Positions 18,077 to 27,235 of a stretch of DNA of 28,175 nt are shown here, piece after piece. Numbering within the stretch: the first letter of the stretch is position 1; each line of letters starts with the position of its first letter. The stretch is from Chamaesiphon sp. (GTDB taxonomy: Bacteria > Cyanobacteriota > Cyanobacteriia > Cyanobacteriales > Chamaesiphonaceae). The translations under genes and the position numbers were made by a program. Where the stretch lies: NCBI GenBank assembly GCA_965246715.1, contig CBDFFH010000024.1, positions 1-28,175 of the forward strand. Direction: 5' to 3'. Below the pieces are notes generated by a model. That model was not told where the DNA came from, searched no databases, and saw nothing but the letters and a program-made list of their open reading frames with translations.

Positions 18077-19612
18077 TCAATCCCCTAAAATTACATCCCC
18101 AGACAATCGTTGATACAACAATGCCCCCGTCCAAATCGTCGGTGCAAAACCTGGATAACCCGAAGAAGCATTACAGAAATAAAATTGCCCTAGTGAAGTT
18201 TCATGATTCAATCGTCCCAAACCCATATTGCGCGGAGTCAAAATCGAGCCATAAGAATTCCCTTCAGGACACCAGCAATAGCGTTCGTTAGTAGTCGGGC
18301 TACCTGTAATATCAAAGACCAGATGCTTCCGAAAATTCGGCACATAATGTTTTTCCACCACATCGAGAATCGAATCTAAAATCTCCTGCTTTTTCTGCCT
18401 GTAGTCTTTGGGATTGCTATCTCGCAATTGCTTAAAATAACCATAATTAGCAACAGTGAGAAATTCCACGATTTGACAATCTGCCGGACAATCTCGACTC
18501 GCCTCTGTTAATAAAGTGGGTGTGGTAATAGCAAAACTCGGATTAGAATAGTCGTGGCGATCGTACATTTGGGCGAACGCTTCGTTCAGACTTTCATGAC
18601 CTGTATGGAACAGATTCCACTTGCCAAATCCATAGTCTCTCAGGTCGAGATCTTTGACAACACAATAAACCATGTAGTTAGATGCCGAATATTCATAGTC
18701 GAGTTTGCGACAGACAGATTTAGAGAATTTTTCTAATCCGATCGTTTTAGCGGCTTGTTGAGGATCGATATTGCAAATGACCGTATTGCCTGTAAATTCT
18801 GCGGGTTGATGCGTGGTCAAATTCATCGCCTCAACTCCCATCACCGTTTTATTTACGACTCTGAACTTCGTGACTTCATGATTTAGCAATACTTGTCCCC
18901 CATGAGATTCGATGACTTTCACCAACGAATTAATTACAGATTCAAAATGCTGGGTTGGGTAAAATGCTCCTGCTTGATAACCTCTAAATAATGCTACCCA
19001 TGCAAAGAAAGAAAGTTGATTTGGCGGTAGTAAAAAATCCAGCCATTGCAGGGCTAAAAGCGTCTGGGCAGCTTGGGGAAGCTGGAATTTGTCAAATACA
19101 TCCTGAAGGGTGCTATTGAGGTTCCAGACGGTACTCCAGACCTCACTGGGATGTTTGAGTAGTTCGATCGGATTAATGGGTGGCGCAACTATTTTCAAGC
19201 CTGCACCAGTTTGCTCGACTTCATTCACAAACTGGCGAATGTTGCGATCGTAGTCGGGAAACAGCGCAGACAATCGATCGATTAATACTGCTGGATCTGA
19301 AGGAATATCCATTTTATAACCGGGCATTCGCATGTGGTCGAAGCCGTCTGGATCGTATCGTTCAAAAGTTACGTCCTTATCCAATCCCAGTTTCTTCAAC
19401 ACTTTATTGACTGTTTGCCCTTCCCCACAGTCCCAAACGTAGTGGAACTGAGCATTAAACGTATACTTTTTAGCCATCGTAAACGTATGTCCAAATCCAC
19501 CTGGATGCTCGTGAGCTTCGAGGATTTGGACGGTCTTCCCAGCGTTAGCCATCAACGCACCAAAGGTCAACGCTGATAGACCACTGCCAATAATTAGGTA
19601 ATCTGGTTGCAT
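18077..19612 (-). CDS. Phytoene desaturase/carotenoid isomerase-like FAD oxidoreductase (COG1233)
   Basis: IIGSGLSAL, EAHEHPGG..HTF, GSPTTNERY...GNSYG and YFCNASSGYPG motifs. Confidence 0.85.
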   Translation of the reverse strand: MQPDYLIIGSGLSALTFGALMANAGKTVQILEAHEHPGGFGHTFTMAKKYTFNAQFHYVWDCGEGQTVNKVLKKLGLDKDVTFERYDPDGFDHMRMPGYKMDIPSDPAVLIDRLSALFPDYDRNIRQFVNEVEQTGAGLKIVAPPINPIELLKHPSEVWSTVWNLNSTLQDVFDKFQLPQAAQTLLALQWLDFLLPPNQLSFFAWVALFRGYQAGAFYPTQHFESVINSLVKVIESHGGQVLLNHEVTKFRVVNKTVMGVEAMNLTTHQPAEFTGNTVICNIDPQQAAKTIGLEKFSKSVCRKLDYEYSASNYMVYCVVKDLDLRDYGFGKWNLFHTGHESLNEAFAQMYDRHDYSNPSFAITTPTLLTEASRDCPADCQIVEFLTVANYGYFKQLRDSNPKDYRQKKQEILDSILDVVEKHYVPNFRKHLVFDITGSPTTNERYCWCPEGNSYGSILTPRNMGLGRLNHETSLGQFYFCNASSGYPGFAPTIWTGALLYQRLSGDVILGD

Positions 19613-19677
19613 TAAGAAGTTCCTGGCATCATAAATGTTAGCTATTTTTGATAGTTCGGTTAGAAAAATTGAGATTG

Positions 19678-20055
19678 TTAATAATACTGTTCAAAATTTT
19701 CAATCCATTTTGCTTTAGCCTTCTGACAGTAATCCTTACAATCAACTGCTCGATCGGTCATGACGGTGACTGGATGGAGAGCACATTTAAGATAGTGATT
19801 ATCATTAAAATATCGACAGCGAGAACATGTAATAGTGAGGGGCAGCGTTACTTTAGATGAATTCTGCTTGCGCTTGGGACTGCGAGCATAAATTAGCACG
19901 CCGATTGTCAAGAATATTCCCATGCTAACGATCGTTCCCCATGCGACAGGTGGAGGCAATGGGGGTGGAGTATCCAGACCATTTACCCTTCGCTGACTTG
20001 AAATAACAATGAAGTTGGCGGAGCCTGTCAGCATAATGGTCGAACTGGCTTGCAT
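19678..20055 (-). CDS. Small membrane protein with Cys/His-rich metal-binding C-terminus (DUF6464-like)
   Basis: One TM helix followed by CSRCRYF..YLKCALHP...DCKDY; AGGA RBS upstream. Confidence 0.7.
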   Translation of the reverse strand: MQASSTIMLTGSANFIVISSQRRVNGLDTPPPLPPPVAWGTIVSMGIFLTIGVLIYARSPKRKQNSSKVTLPLTITCSRCRYFNDNHYLKCALHPVTVMTDRAVDCKDYCQKAKAKWIENFEQYY

Positions 20056-20080
20056 CGAGCTTTCCTGTAAAATCTAAAAT

Positions 20081-20530
20081 CTATCGACTGCTGACACCAT
20101 CAGTCGTGCGTCCACTCATTTGACCCGATTCGATTTGGTAAATCGAAATAACTTCCGCTCGTCCCCAGGAGTCAGTCCAAGTTCGATTAATCGCTGGCGA
20201 CAGCGTAGCATCCCGCTGTTTAACGAGTGTCATCACTCGCTCTATCTCTGGTTGCTCTGTGACGTGTTTGGCTCGACCCATCACAATTGCACTCCGCCAA
20301 TGTTCGGGACTACGAAATTCTTCAACCTGCAAACAAACATCCGGATCTGCATCCATGTCATGAGTTTTCATGCCAATGGTTGTAAATAGGTAAATGTTGG
20401 TATTGTCGAGATAATAGTACATCGGCATCACACAGGGTTTGCCCGCGTGAATAAAGCCCAGATGACCGTACCCCACTTTAGCTAGTAATTCATGGATCTC
20501 ATCCTGTCCCATTTCATCGATATCTAACAC
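20081..20530 (-). CDS. Pyridoxamine 5'-phosphate oxidase-like FMN-binding protein
   Basis: GHLG...P-VMPM-Y...G-K...P-VCLQVE...WRS-IV-G pattern; AGGAG RBS before the GTG start. Confidence 0.85.
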   Translation of the reverse strand: MLDIDEMGQDEIHELLAKVGYGHLGFIHAGKPCVMPMYYYLDNTNIYLFTTIGMKTHDMDADPDVCLQVEEFRSPEHWRSAIVMGRAKHVTEQPEIERVMTLVKQRDATLSPAINRTWTDSWGRAEVISIYQIESGQMSGRTTDGVSSR

Positions 20531-20583
20531 GATTTTCTCCTAAAAATTTAGTCGATCTGTAATATTTGGTAGAGCTAATTTGT

Positions 20584-20682
20584 GGGAGCACCCACTTTTG
20601 GCAGATCTACTTTTTTAAACACCCCACATAGCATGGTTTCTAGAGTGTAACAATTATGTTTCTTCTGAAAGTGGATGCTCCC
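20584..20682. mobile_element. 99-bp MITE with 8-bp target duplication
   Basis: IR GGGAGCA(C/T)CCACTTT, 14/15 identical. TSD TAATTTGT at 20576-83 and 20683-90. Confidence 0.85.
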
Positions 20683-21173
20683 TAATTTGTACTTGATTTC
20701 TGTTGAATCACCAATACCGAGCAAGGTGCATGATGCAAGACATAGTTACTAGTACTACCCAAAAATATCTCACTCAACATCGATTTTTGGTTGCGTCCCA
20801 TCACAATTACATCTGCCGCATAGTTTTTTGCTGTTTCACAGATTGTGCGTCCGGCATCCCCAAGATTTTGAAAAATCTCAGCTTTAATATTTCTTGCCCT
20901 AGCCTCTGTTGCATAAGATTCTAACCGTTCCATCCCCTGTTGTTCGCGGTCTTGTAGTTCTTTCTGATATTGTTGAATTGCCAGATCGTTCATTATTGGA
21001 TAAGTACCGCCCATCATTGGAGTACCTAATGTCTCAAAACCATTTTGGAAGAGATTGAGAACATGTACGATCGAGATCTGGGCACCATATTTTTGGGCGA
21101 GTGTGAGTCCAGATTTGAAAACTTCTGCTGACTCTGGGGAGTCACCAGTTGCTATTAAGATTTTTTGCAGCAC
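20682..21173 (-). CDS. Universal stress protein (UspA family)
   Basis: KILIA-x-x-DS, DVIVMG and LGSTSNYVLHHAPCSVLVI motifs. Confidence 0.93.
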   Translation of the reverse strand: MLQKILIATGDSPESAEVFKSGLTLAQKYGAQISIVHVLNLFQNGFETLGTPMMGGTYPIMNDLAIQQYQKELQDREQQGMERLESYATEARARNIKAEIFQNLGDAGRTICETAKNYAADVIVMGRNQKSMLSEIFLGSTSNYVLHHAPCSVLVIQQKSSTN

Positions 21174-21235
21174 TCAGATTCATTTGCCTCAATAATTGTT
21201 AGCTAGAATTGACAACTTGCCAGATCGACTATCGA

Positions 21236-21799
21236 TTAGAGAAAGACAATTTTAGATGTCGGTGCATGTCCCAGAAATAGATAGGCAGCAGGTCGGAGCA
21301 CACTTTCAGAATAGATAATCTTTTGGATAATTAGACTGGGAGCGCGTTTGGCAGTGGCATTATAAGTTGCAAGTTCCCCCTCCATACTAAAATCGCTATG
21401 AGTGCGATAATGGTCGTGGTTATGCACTGCATAGAGGATGAAGTTATAGATCGGATTGATACCCAGGCTAGTATCGTAATTTTCAGCAGACACCCACAGA
21501 TGACTTTGCTTGATATCTGCAAACATTTCGGCGGCATTCTGGTAACGCTCGTACCATGAGAATTCGAGGTTGAGTGGGGTAGTTTGAAACTCACTCCAAA
21601 GCCAATCACATAGTTCGACGAGCGTTGCATCATCAATTTGGGCGGGTTCGCTGTCTAGGTAGAGTTTAGCCAGGGTTTCAACTTTGAATGTCCCGATCTT
21701 AGATCGAGTATTCACATCAGTATGTAAATCTGCTACTTTTGAATTGTTATTGCGTTGTTTTGAAGGACTACTAATTAAATTACTCAAGATATTTTCCAT
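21236..21799 (-). CDS. Hypothetical protein with His-rich motif
   Basis: 187-aa ORF co-oriented with the usp operon and directly behind a predicted promoter; motif AVHNHDHY...FSMEGE. Confidence 0.7.
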   Translation of the reverse strand: MENILSNLISSPSKQRNNNSKVADLHTDVNTRSKIGTFKVETLAKLYLDSEPAQIDDATLVELCDWLWSEFQTTPLNLEFSWYERYQNAAEMFADIKQSHLWVSAENYDTSLGINPIYNFILYAVHNHDHYRTHSDFSMEGELATYNATAKRAPSLIIQKIIYSESVLRPAAYLFLGHAPTSKIVFL

Positions 21800-21813
21800 A
21801 AATATGTATTCAC

Positions 21814-21846
21814 ATATTAGGCTAAAAATGTGAGTATCTTGTGAGG
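21814..21846 (-). promoter_or_regulatory. Direct-repeat operator plus -10 box for the usp operon
   Basis: Minus strand reads CCTCACA-AGAT-ACTCACA-N9-TAATAT, ending 14 nt before ATG 21799. Confidence 0.6.
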
Positions 21847-21946
21847 AAAATAAGATCGCAAGCTATTACTGTAGAGAAGTTGTAATTTAGATCTATATTT
21901 TTTCAAGCTTTATTAAAAACATTAGTCGCACGGTTAATAAACAAAT

Positions 21947-23522
21947 GTAACTACTTAGGTTGAGGAATCGGAGATTGAGGATGACCAGAAAAAAGAGAGA
22001 TGAAAGCATCCAAGACATTAAAGCCCTGTTTTCTCAAAGTAGAAATATAGCCCCGAATGCGACAGAACATTTTCGCCCCGGCTTCAGAGCGAAAAGTGCC
22101 AGAAATCTTCTGTTTAAGTTTGACCATCCGAACATCCCGCTCCGCCTGATTATTATCAAAGGGCACGTCGAAATCGTACATAAATCCCAGCACAGATGCC
22201 TGTTGGTTTTGCAAACGGTCTAAAAGATTCCGAGCGGGTGATTGTTTTTGGCGACCACCGCTCTTGCGGCGATGTTTAGTCGGTGGTGGGGCTAGAGGCG
22301 GGTTAGCAGCAAACCCTTGGTCTAAGATCGTCTGATAACGAGTCTCGAAAACTTGCAGCACATCTGCCGCCAATGGTGTTTGGGCAAGGCTCGCCTCATC
22401 CACTTGAGACTTGATACTACCTAGCAGAATCAGCATCCCAATCGCCCAAGGTTGCTGATATTGCTCCCAAATGAACATTAACTCTCGTAAATGATGAGCA
22501 TTACAGAGGAAATGTTCGCAGTTGTAATGCTGATAACTCTTCCAGCCGTCATGAATGGCCTTGCCCTGAAACTGTGGCAAGATTTTCATCTCATCAATGG
22601 CATCATGTCCCCGCTTACTATGGACAAAGTAGTAGGTTAATCCGTCGGTGCAAGCGACATGTAACCACCAGAGCTTACCATTGACGCGCATTCCAGTTTC
22701 ATCAAAATGAACTACTTGTGAGTCTACAATTGCCGCGTGAATGGTGCTGGCAATTGGTGCTAATTGCTCAAAGCATTGGCTGCGGGTATTGAATAATGTT
22801 GCTTCGGAGACACTTACCCCGACAATATCACTTAATACTTCACAGGTTCTAGCCGATGGCAGTAGTTGACCTTCCATCAAGTACACCATCATACTTTTTA
22901 GTCTCGGCCCATATTGCACCACGCTATTCGCAAATGGCGGAAATTCCGCTTGGTTCTCTATTCCACAGTGGGGACAGTTTTTAACTTCGGCTCGATGCTC
23001 ATATACTTTTAGCTCAATTGGTGGGATGTCATATACCTGCCGCGCCCATACTGTCTGCACTGGCTCGATTGCTAGCGATGCTCCACATTTATGGCACTCC
23101 TCCACCTTGTGTTCGACAACCACATCTACTTCTGTACTCCATTCCAGTGTCGAGCCAGGGTGGTCTATCTGTCCACCTGTTTTCTTCTGGCTCTTCGTTC
23201 TTAAACTTTTTGTCTTTTTCCCAAACCCATCCCCTGATGGCGGTTTACTGCTGTTGCTGCTATTTTTCTTGTCCTTGCCTTCTAACGCCTCTACCCGCTC
23301 TTCCAGTTTCCCTAGCTTTTCTACCAGTCCTTCTACTAATTCAATCACCGCTTCTTCCCCCCGCGCATACACGGACAGGATTTCTTCTCGGCTGATTAAT
23401 TTCCTCGGACTTTCCTGGCTCAATTCTCTACACCTGTTTCTTTTTCTACTGCACTGACCTACATTACCCGACTTTTTAGATGATGTCTGAAAACTTCTTC
23501 TTTTTTTAACCTAAGTAGTTAC
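21947..23522 (-). mobile_element. IS66-family element, single-ORF type (ISBst12-like), 1576 bp, complete
   Basis: 15-bp perfect IR GTAACTACTTAGGTT. 8-bp TSD AAACAAAT at 21939-46 and 23523-30. Confidence 0.95.
21951..23423 (-). CDS. IS66-family transposase (TnpC)
   Basis: NSSKPPS-D, GGQ-x-HPG, CHKCG/CPHCG, HFDETG, HDGW, CNAHHLREL and FDNNQAERDVR motifs. The stop codon lies inside the IR. Confidence 0.95.
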   Translation of the reverse strand: MSQESPRKLISREEILSVYARGEEAVIELVEGLVEKLGKLEERVEALEGKDKKNSSNSSKPPSGDGFGKKTKSLRTKSQKKTGGQIDHPGSTLEWSTEVDVVVEHKVEECHKCGASLAIEPVQTVWARQVYDIPPIELKVYEHRAEVKNCPHCGIENQAEFPPFANSVVQYGPRLKSMMVYLMEGQLLPSARTCEVLSDIVGVSVSEATLFNTRSQCFEQLAPIASTIHAAIVDSQVVHFDETGMRVNGKLWWLHVACTDGLTYYFVHSKRGHDAIDEMKILPQFQGKAIHDGWKSYQHYNCEHFLCNAHHLRELMFIWEQYQQPWAIGMLILLGSIKSQVDEASLAQTPLAADVLQVFETRYQTILDQGFAANPPLAPPPTKHRRKSGGRQKQSPARNLLDRLQNQQASVLGFMYDFDVPFDNNQAERDVRMVKLKQKISGTFRSEAGAKMFCRIRGYISTLRKQGFNVLDAFISLFSGHPQSPIPQPK

Positions 23523-23870
23523 AAACAAATCACCAAATAGATAGATTTTTAGATACGATCTGTCAACCTTTTATCTATCAATAGGAAGAGATTTTAAGTA
23601 TTAATTATTTGAGTGAAATTCGTGGCATGAAACACTATTCCAATCCAGATGTTTTTGCTATCGACGATCTTAACGATTCTATATCATCCTACTACCCAAG
23701 ACATTCTAAGCTGGCTTAACTCTCTGTCTCAGCCCCCAACGTGAAATCGACAACGATTCACCATTGGCGACGTTGCACGATCGAGCATATCTTGAAATTA
23801 GCGTCCTAACAGCCTTGGTTGTTGCCATACCCTGAAATTAGATGAGTCGATCGGTGAAATTGAGGTATAT

Positions 23871-23948
23871 CGATTACCTCCGGTAGGCTACGCCAACGAC
23901 ACAATTACTGACACTCGATTACCTCTTGGCGCGGCTACGCCAACGACA
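23871..23948 (+). repeat. Two SDR-like repeats in imperfect tandem, each between CGAT and CG
   Basis: CGAT-TACCTCCGGTA-GGCTACGCCAA-CG and CGAT-TACCTCTTGGCGC-GGCTACGCCAA-CG. Confidence 0.7.
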
Positions 23949-23968
23949 CCGCTCAGTCAGAAAGCCTG

Positions 23969-26203
23969 TCAAATTGAAATTAACCCTAATCGCTGAGGTA
24001 AGCGCGTGTACCTTTTGCCAACTTGGTTTTGCCTCACCGCCAACCCGATCGCCTTATTCGATCCCACCACGATCGCTAACTTCTTTGCCCGCGTCAATCC
24101 GGTATAAACCAAATTCCGCGACAACAACAGATAATGCTGCATATAGAGCGGCAAAATTACCACTGGATACTCCGAACCTTGGGATTTGTGGATGCTAATC
24201 GACCAAGCCAAGCCTAACTCATTCAAATCCGCATAATCATAAATGACCGCTCTATCCTCAAACTGAATCGATACCTCATGTTCGGTTGAATCGATCGAGC
24301 CAACTACCCCCAAATCCCCATTAAATACCTCCCGCTCGTAATCGTTCTTGAGCTGAATCACTCGATCTCCCACCCTTAGAATATCCCCACCCCGATTAAT
24401 TTGAGCTTTTTCCGGCGCAGGCGGATTGAGCAACTGCTGCAACACCTGATTCAAATTTCGCGTACCCACCACCCCTCGCGTCATCGGACATAGCACCTGG
24501 ACATCCGCAACCGGATCGAACCCCAAACTAGGCACAAAATCTCGAATCAACTCGCAAATTGCCTGCACCCCATGTTCCGGCTCGAATCCGCCATTGTGCC
24601 ACAGACAATCAGACTGCGGCGTATCAGAAATCGGTTCGATGCTGGGATATTGTCCCCGATTAATCTGGTGAGCAGCGCGAATAATCCCACTCGATTGTGC
24701 TTGACGGAATACCTGAGTCAGCCTGATGACGGGAATGCGATCGGATTTTATCAGATCTCCCAACACGCTACCTGGGCCAACTGACGGCAATTGGTCTATA
24801 TCTCCCACAAAGAGTAAATGAGCAGCAGTCCGCACCGCCTTAATCAGGGAATTAGCTAGGAATAGATCCAACATCGAAGCTTCATCAACAACGATCGCTT
24901 CATGTGGCAAAGGTTCATCTACACCTCGTTTAAACCCTCTAGTCGCCGGATCGAACTCCAACAGACGGTGAATGGTTTTCGCTTCGATTCCTGCCATTTC
25001 TGAGAGCCTCTGAGCGGCTCTCCCCGTCGGTGCAGCTAGAGCGATTTTCTTACCCATTGCCTTCCATAGCGCGACAATGGTGCGGGTACAGAAAGTTTTA
25101 CCACAGCCAGGGCCACCAGTAAGAATCAACACCCGTTGCGTCGCCGCCATCTCTACCGCTTGCTGTTGTTCGGGGGAGAGGGTAATCTTGTGACTTTGGG
25201 TAAATCTGTCGATCCAATTGCGGACGCGAGGTAAATCTACCGATTGGGGTCGTTCGAGCAGCTTGAGGATAGAAATGGCTAAATTCTGTTCGGTGTAGAA
25301 GAAGCTAGGCTGGAAATACAAGGGAATGTCTTCGACTGTTTCCAGGATTAAATCCTGCTGCACACTCATTTCTCTCAATACTTCCAGTACCGCATTATCC
25401 GTCGAGATATGTTCTTGAGTCGTGAGTTTAGTCGTTGCCGCTGTTAATAATTCCGGCTGAGGCAAGAAACAATGCCCATCTTCTGCTGCTTCACCCAGAA
25501 CATGTTTGATGCCAGCTCGATAACGGAATGTCGAAGCAGGATCTACGCCTAAATTTCGCGCGATCGTATCGGCGGTGATGAAACCGATCCCAAAAATATC
25601 TTCCGATAGTTGATAGGGATTATTCGTGACAATATCGATCGATTTATCCCCGTACTGTTTAAAGATTTTCACCGCATAGGTCGTCGAAACCCCATGACTC
25701 TGGAGGAACAACATTACCTCCTTAATCGCCTTCTGCTCGTTCCAGGCTCGTTGAATCATTTTGACTCGCTTCTTACCGATACCAGGAACTTCAATCAATC
25801 GATCGCTATCCCGTTCGATAATTTCTAAAGTATCCAGCGCGAAATGCGCCACAATTCGCTTGGCGGTAACGGGGCCGACTCCTTTAATCAAACCGCTGCC
25901 TAAATACTTCTCAATTCCCGTCAGCGTTGCAGGTTTAGTTTCGCTGTATTTGATAACTTGAAATTGCTGCCCGTACTGAAGATGTTCCTTCCAAGTGCCC
26001 TGGAGTTGGAGGGTTTGTCCCGCCTGGATATTGGCGAAGTTACCGACGATCGTGGTTAACTCACGAGCGCGGGGTGATTGGAGGCGAGCGACCGTATAGC
26101 CACTTTCTTCAGAATGAAAGGTAATCCGCTCTACCACTCCAGTCAGCGAAACCTGGGGTGCAACTGAAGAATCGCCTGATGTGTTTGCTCGATCGGTAGA
26201 CAC
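23969..26203 (-). CDS. recD2: SF1B helicase RecD2
   Basis: N-terminal OB-fold and HhH repeats (IKGVGP, VPGIG); Walker A GGPGCGKT; APTGRAA, VDEASM, GDIDQL, HKSQGSEY and YTGLTRAK motifs. Confidence 0.95.
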   Translation of the reverse strand: MSTDRANTSGDSSVAPQVSLTGVVERITFHSEESGYTVARLQSPRARELTTIVGNFANIQAGQTLQLQGTWKEHLQYGQQFQVIKYSETKPATLTGIEKYLGSGLIKGVGPVTAKRIVAHFALDTLEIIERDSDRLIEVPGIGKKRVKMIQRAWNEQKAIKEVMLFLQSHGVSTTYAVKIFKQYGDKSIDIVTNNPYQLSEDIFGIGFITADTIARNLGVDPASTFRYRAGIKHVLGEAAEDGHCFLPQPELLTAATTKLTTQEHISTDNAVLEVLREMSVQQDLILETVEDIPLYFQPSFFYTEQNLAISILKLLERPQSVDLPRVRNWIDRFTQSHKITLSPEQQQAVEMAATQRVLILTGGPGCGKTFCTRTIVALWKAMGKKIALAAPTGRAAQRLSEMAGIEAKTIHRLLEFDPATRGFKRGVDEPLPHEAIVVDEASMLDLFLANSLIKAVRTAAHLLFVGDIDQLPSVGPGSVLGDLIKSDRIPVIRLTQVFRQAQSSGIIRAAHQINRGQYPSIEPISDTPQSDCLWHNGGFEPEHGVQAICELIRDFVPSLGFDPVADVQVLCPMTRGVVGTRNLNQVLQQLLNPPAPEKAQINRGGDILRVGDRVIQLKNDYEREVFNGDLGVVGSIDSTEHEVSIQFEDRAVIYDYADLNELGLAWSISIHKSQGSEYPVVILPLYMQHYLLLSRNLVYTGLTRAKKLAIVVGSNKAIGLAVRQNQVGKRYTRLPQRLGLISI

Positions 26204-26390
26204 TAAAGTAGTAGGAAAATAACAGAGTATCGATCGATAGATATGACTTAATTATCTCAGAAATTTATCTTCTCTACCATCAAAACTGTCGCGATTTTGC
26301 TGCGTTCGTTGCCCGACTTTGACTGTTTAGAAATCACTGAACTTTATGCAGGTGGGGGACATAAAATAGTGCGGGATTTAGACTTGCTAT

Positions 26391-27158
26391 TCAAACAGTT
26401 TTCAAACTGCGTAGTGCCCTGGTGCAAAGCTTAATTGTCTCAGTTACATCACTCTCTAATTGCCACCGTTGACAGACCATCTGTACCCATTCCGGTTGAG
26501 ACTTGGCAGCATCATTGAGCCAATTGCTAGCTGAATCGCGGACATAACCAGAGGCATCCGCACGGATTGGCTCTAGTAAAGGCAAGCCCAATTCGGGATT
26601 TTGCTTGAGCTTGGGAATATGCGCGCACCACACTCCACGCGGTCGAGTTACTTCGATGGCAAACCGTCGGAGATTTGGAGCACTCTCGCTCGTCCAAGGC
26701 ATCAATAGGGGGATTGCTTCTTCGATCTGACTGGCAACATAGGGACGCACGGCCAACCACGACCATTCTCTCACGCCAAAGTGGTTATCATTAGCAAGCG
26801 ATCGGATCGAGTTTAATCTTTCTGCGAGGGAGAGATCGGGGATAGCAGCTTGCAGATAGGCTGCCCAACCTCGCACGGTATCTGAAGGGTGCGCTACAAG
26901 CTCTCGCCCGTCCACCGCACCCAAATGTTCTAACAGCAGCTTTCCCGTAGCCGCCATTCGCTTAGTAATTCCATCAGATGGGAGAATGCGACTTTTAGCG
27001 ACATTTGCCAATTCTGGAACGACATGTCCCATTAAAATCGCAAAATCGACAGCCAGACACTCCGCTAGGTTGACAGTCTCAGTCGCACCGGAATTAAGTT
27101 GCTCTAAAACATCAATCGGCACATCGCTCGGCTTGAGCGAACCTTTTCTAGTTACCAT
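26391..27158 (-). CDS. HEAT-repeat DNA alkylation repair protein (AlkC/AlkD superfamily-like)
   Basis: HFGVREW, RRFA-E-TRPRGVW and YVRDS..NWLNDAAK motifs. Confidence 0.8.
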   Translation of the reverse strand: MVTRKGSLKPSDVPIDVLEQLNSGATETVNLAECLAVDFAILMGHVVPELANVAKSRILPSDGITKRMAATGKLLLEHLGAVDGRELVAHPSDTVRGWAAYLQAAIPDLSLAERLNSIRSLANDNHFGVREWSWLAVRPYVASQIEEAIPLLMPWTSESAPNLRRFAIEVTRPRGVWCAHIPKLKQNPELGLPLLEPIRADASGYVRDSASNWLNDAAKSQPEWVQMVCQRWQLESDVTETIKLCTRALRSLKTV

Positions 27159-27235
27159 AATTCAAAGACAGTTATTCATTAACTCAAGCTCCTGCTTCAG
27201 AATAGTAAACCATCGATCGAGAAATTAAGATCCGG

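Noticed and set aside
17786..18291. Short overlapping ORFs across the repeat cluster, and other short antisense ORFs in the track
   Set aside because: They overlap well-supported genes or GC-rich repeats and have no recognisable motifs.
23530..23870. Possible small gene or pseudogene and TAGA(T/C)AGA-like palindromic sites
   Set aside because: Only short frames with no recognisable motif; the palindromes are too degenerate in AT-rich DNA to support.
23871..23948. Possible mini CRISPR array
   Set aside because: Only two imperfect units with a ~15-nt gap, no cas genes, and the units match the dispersed hairpin repeat family.
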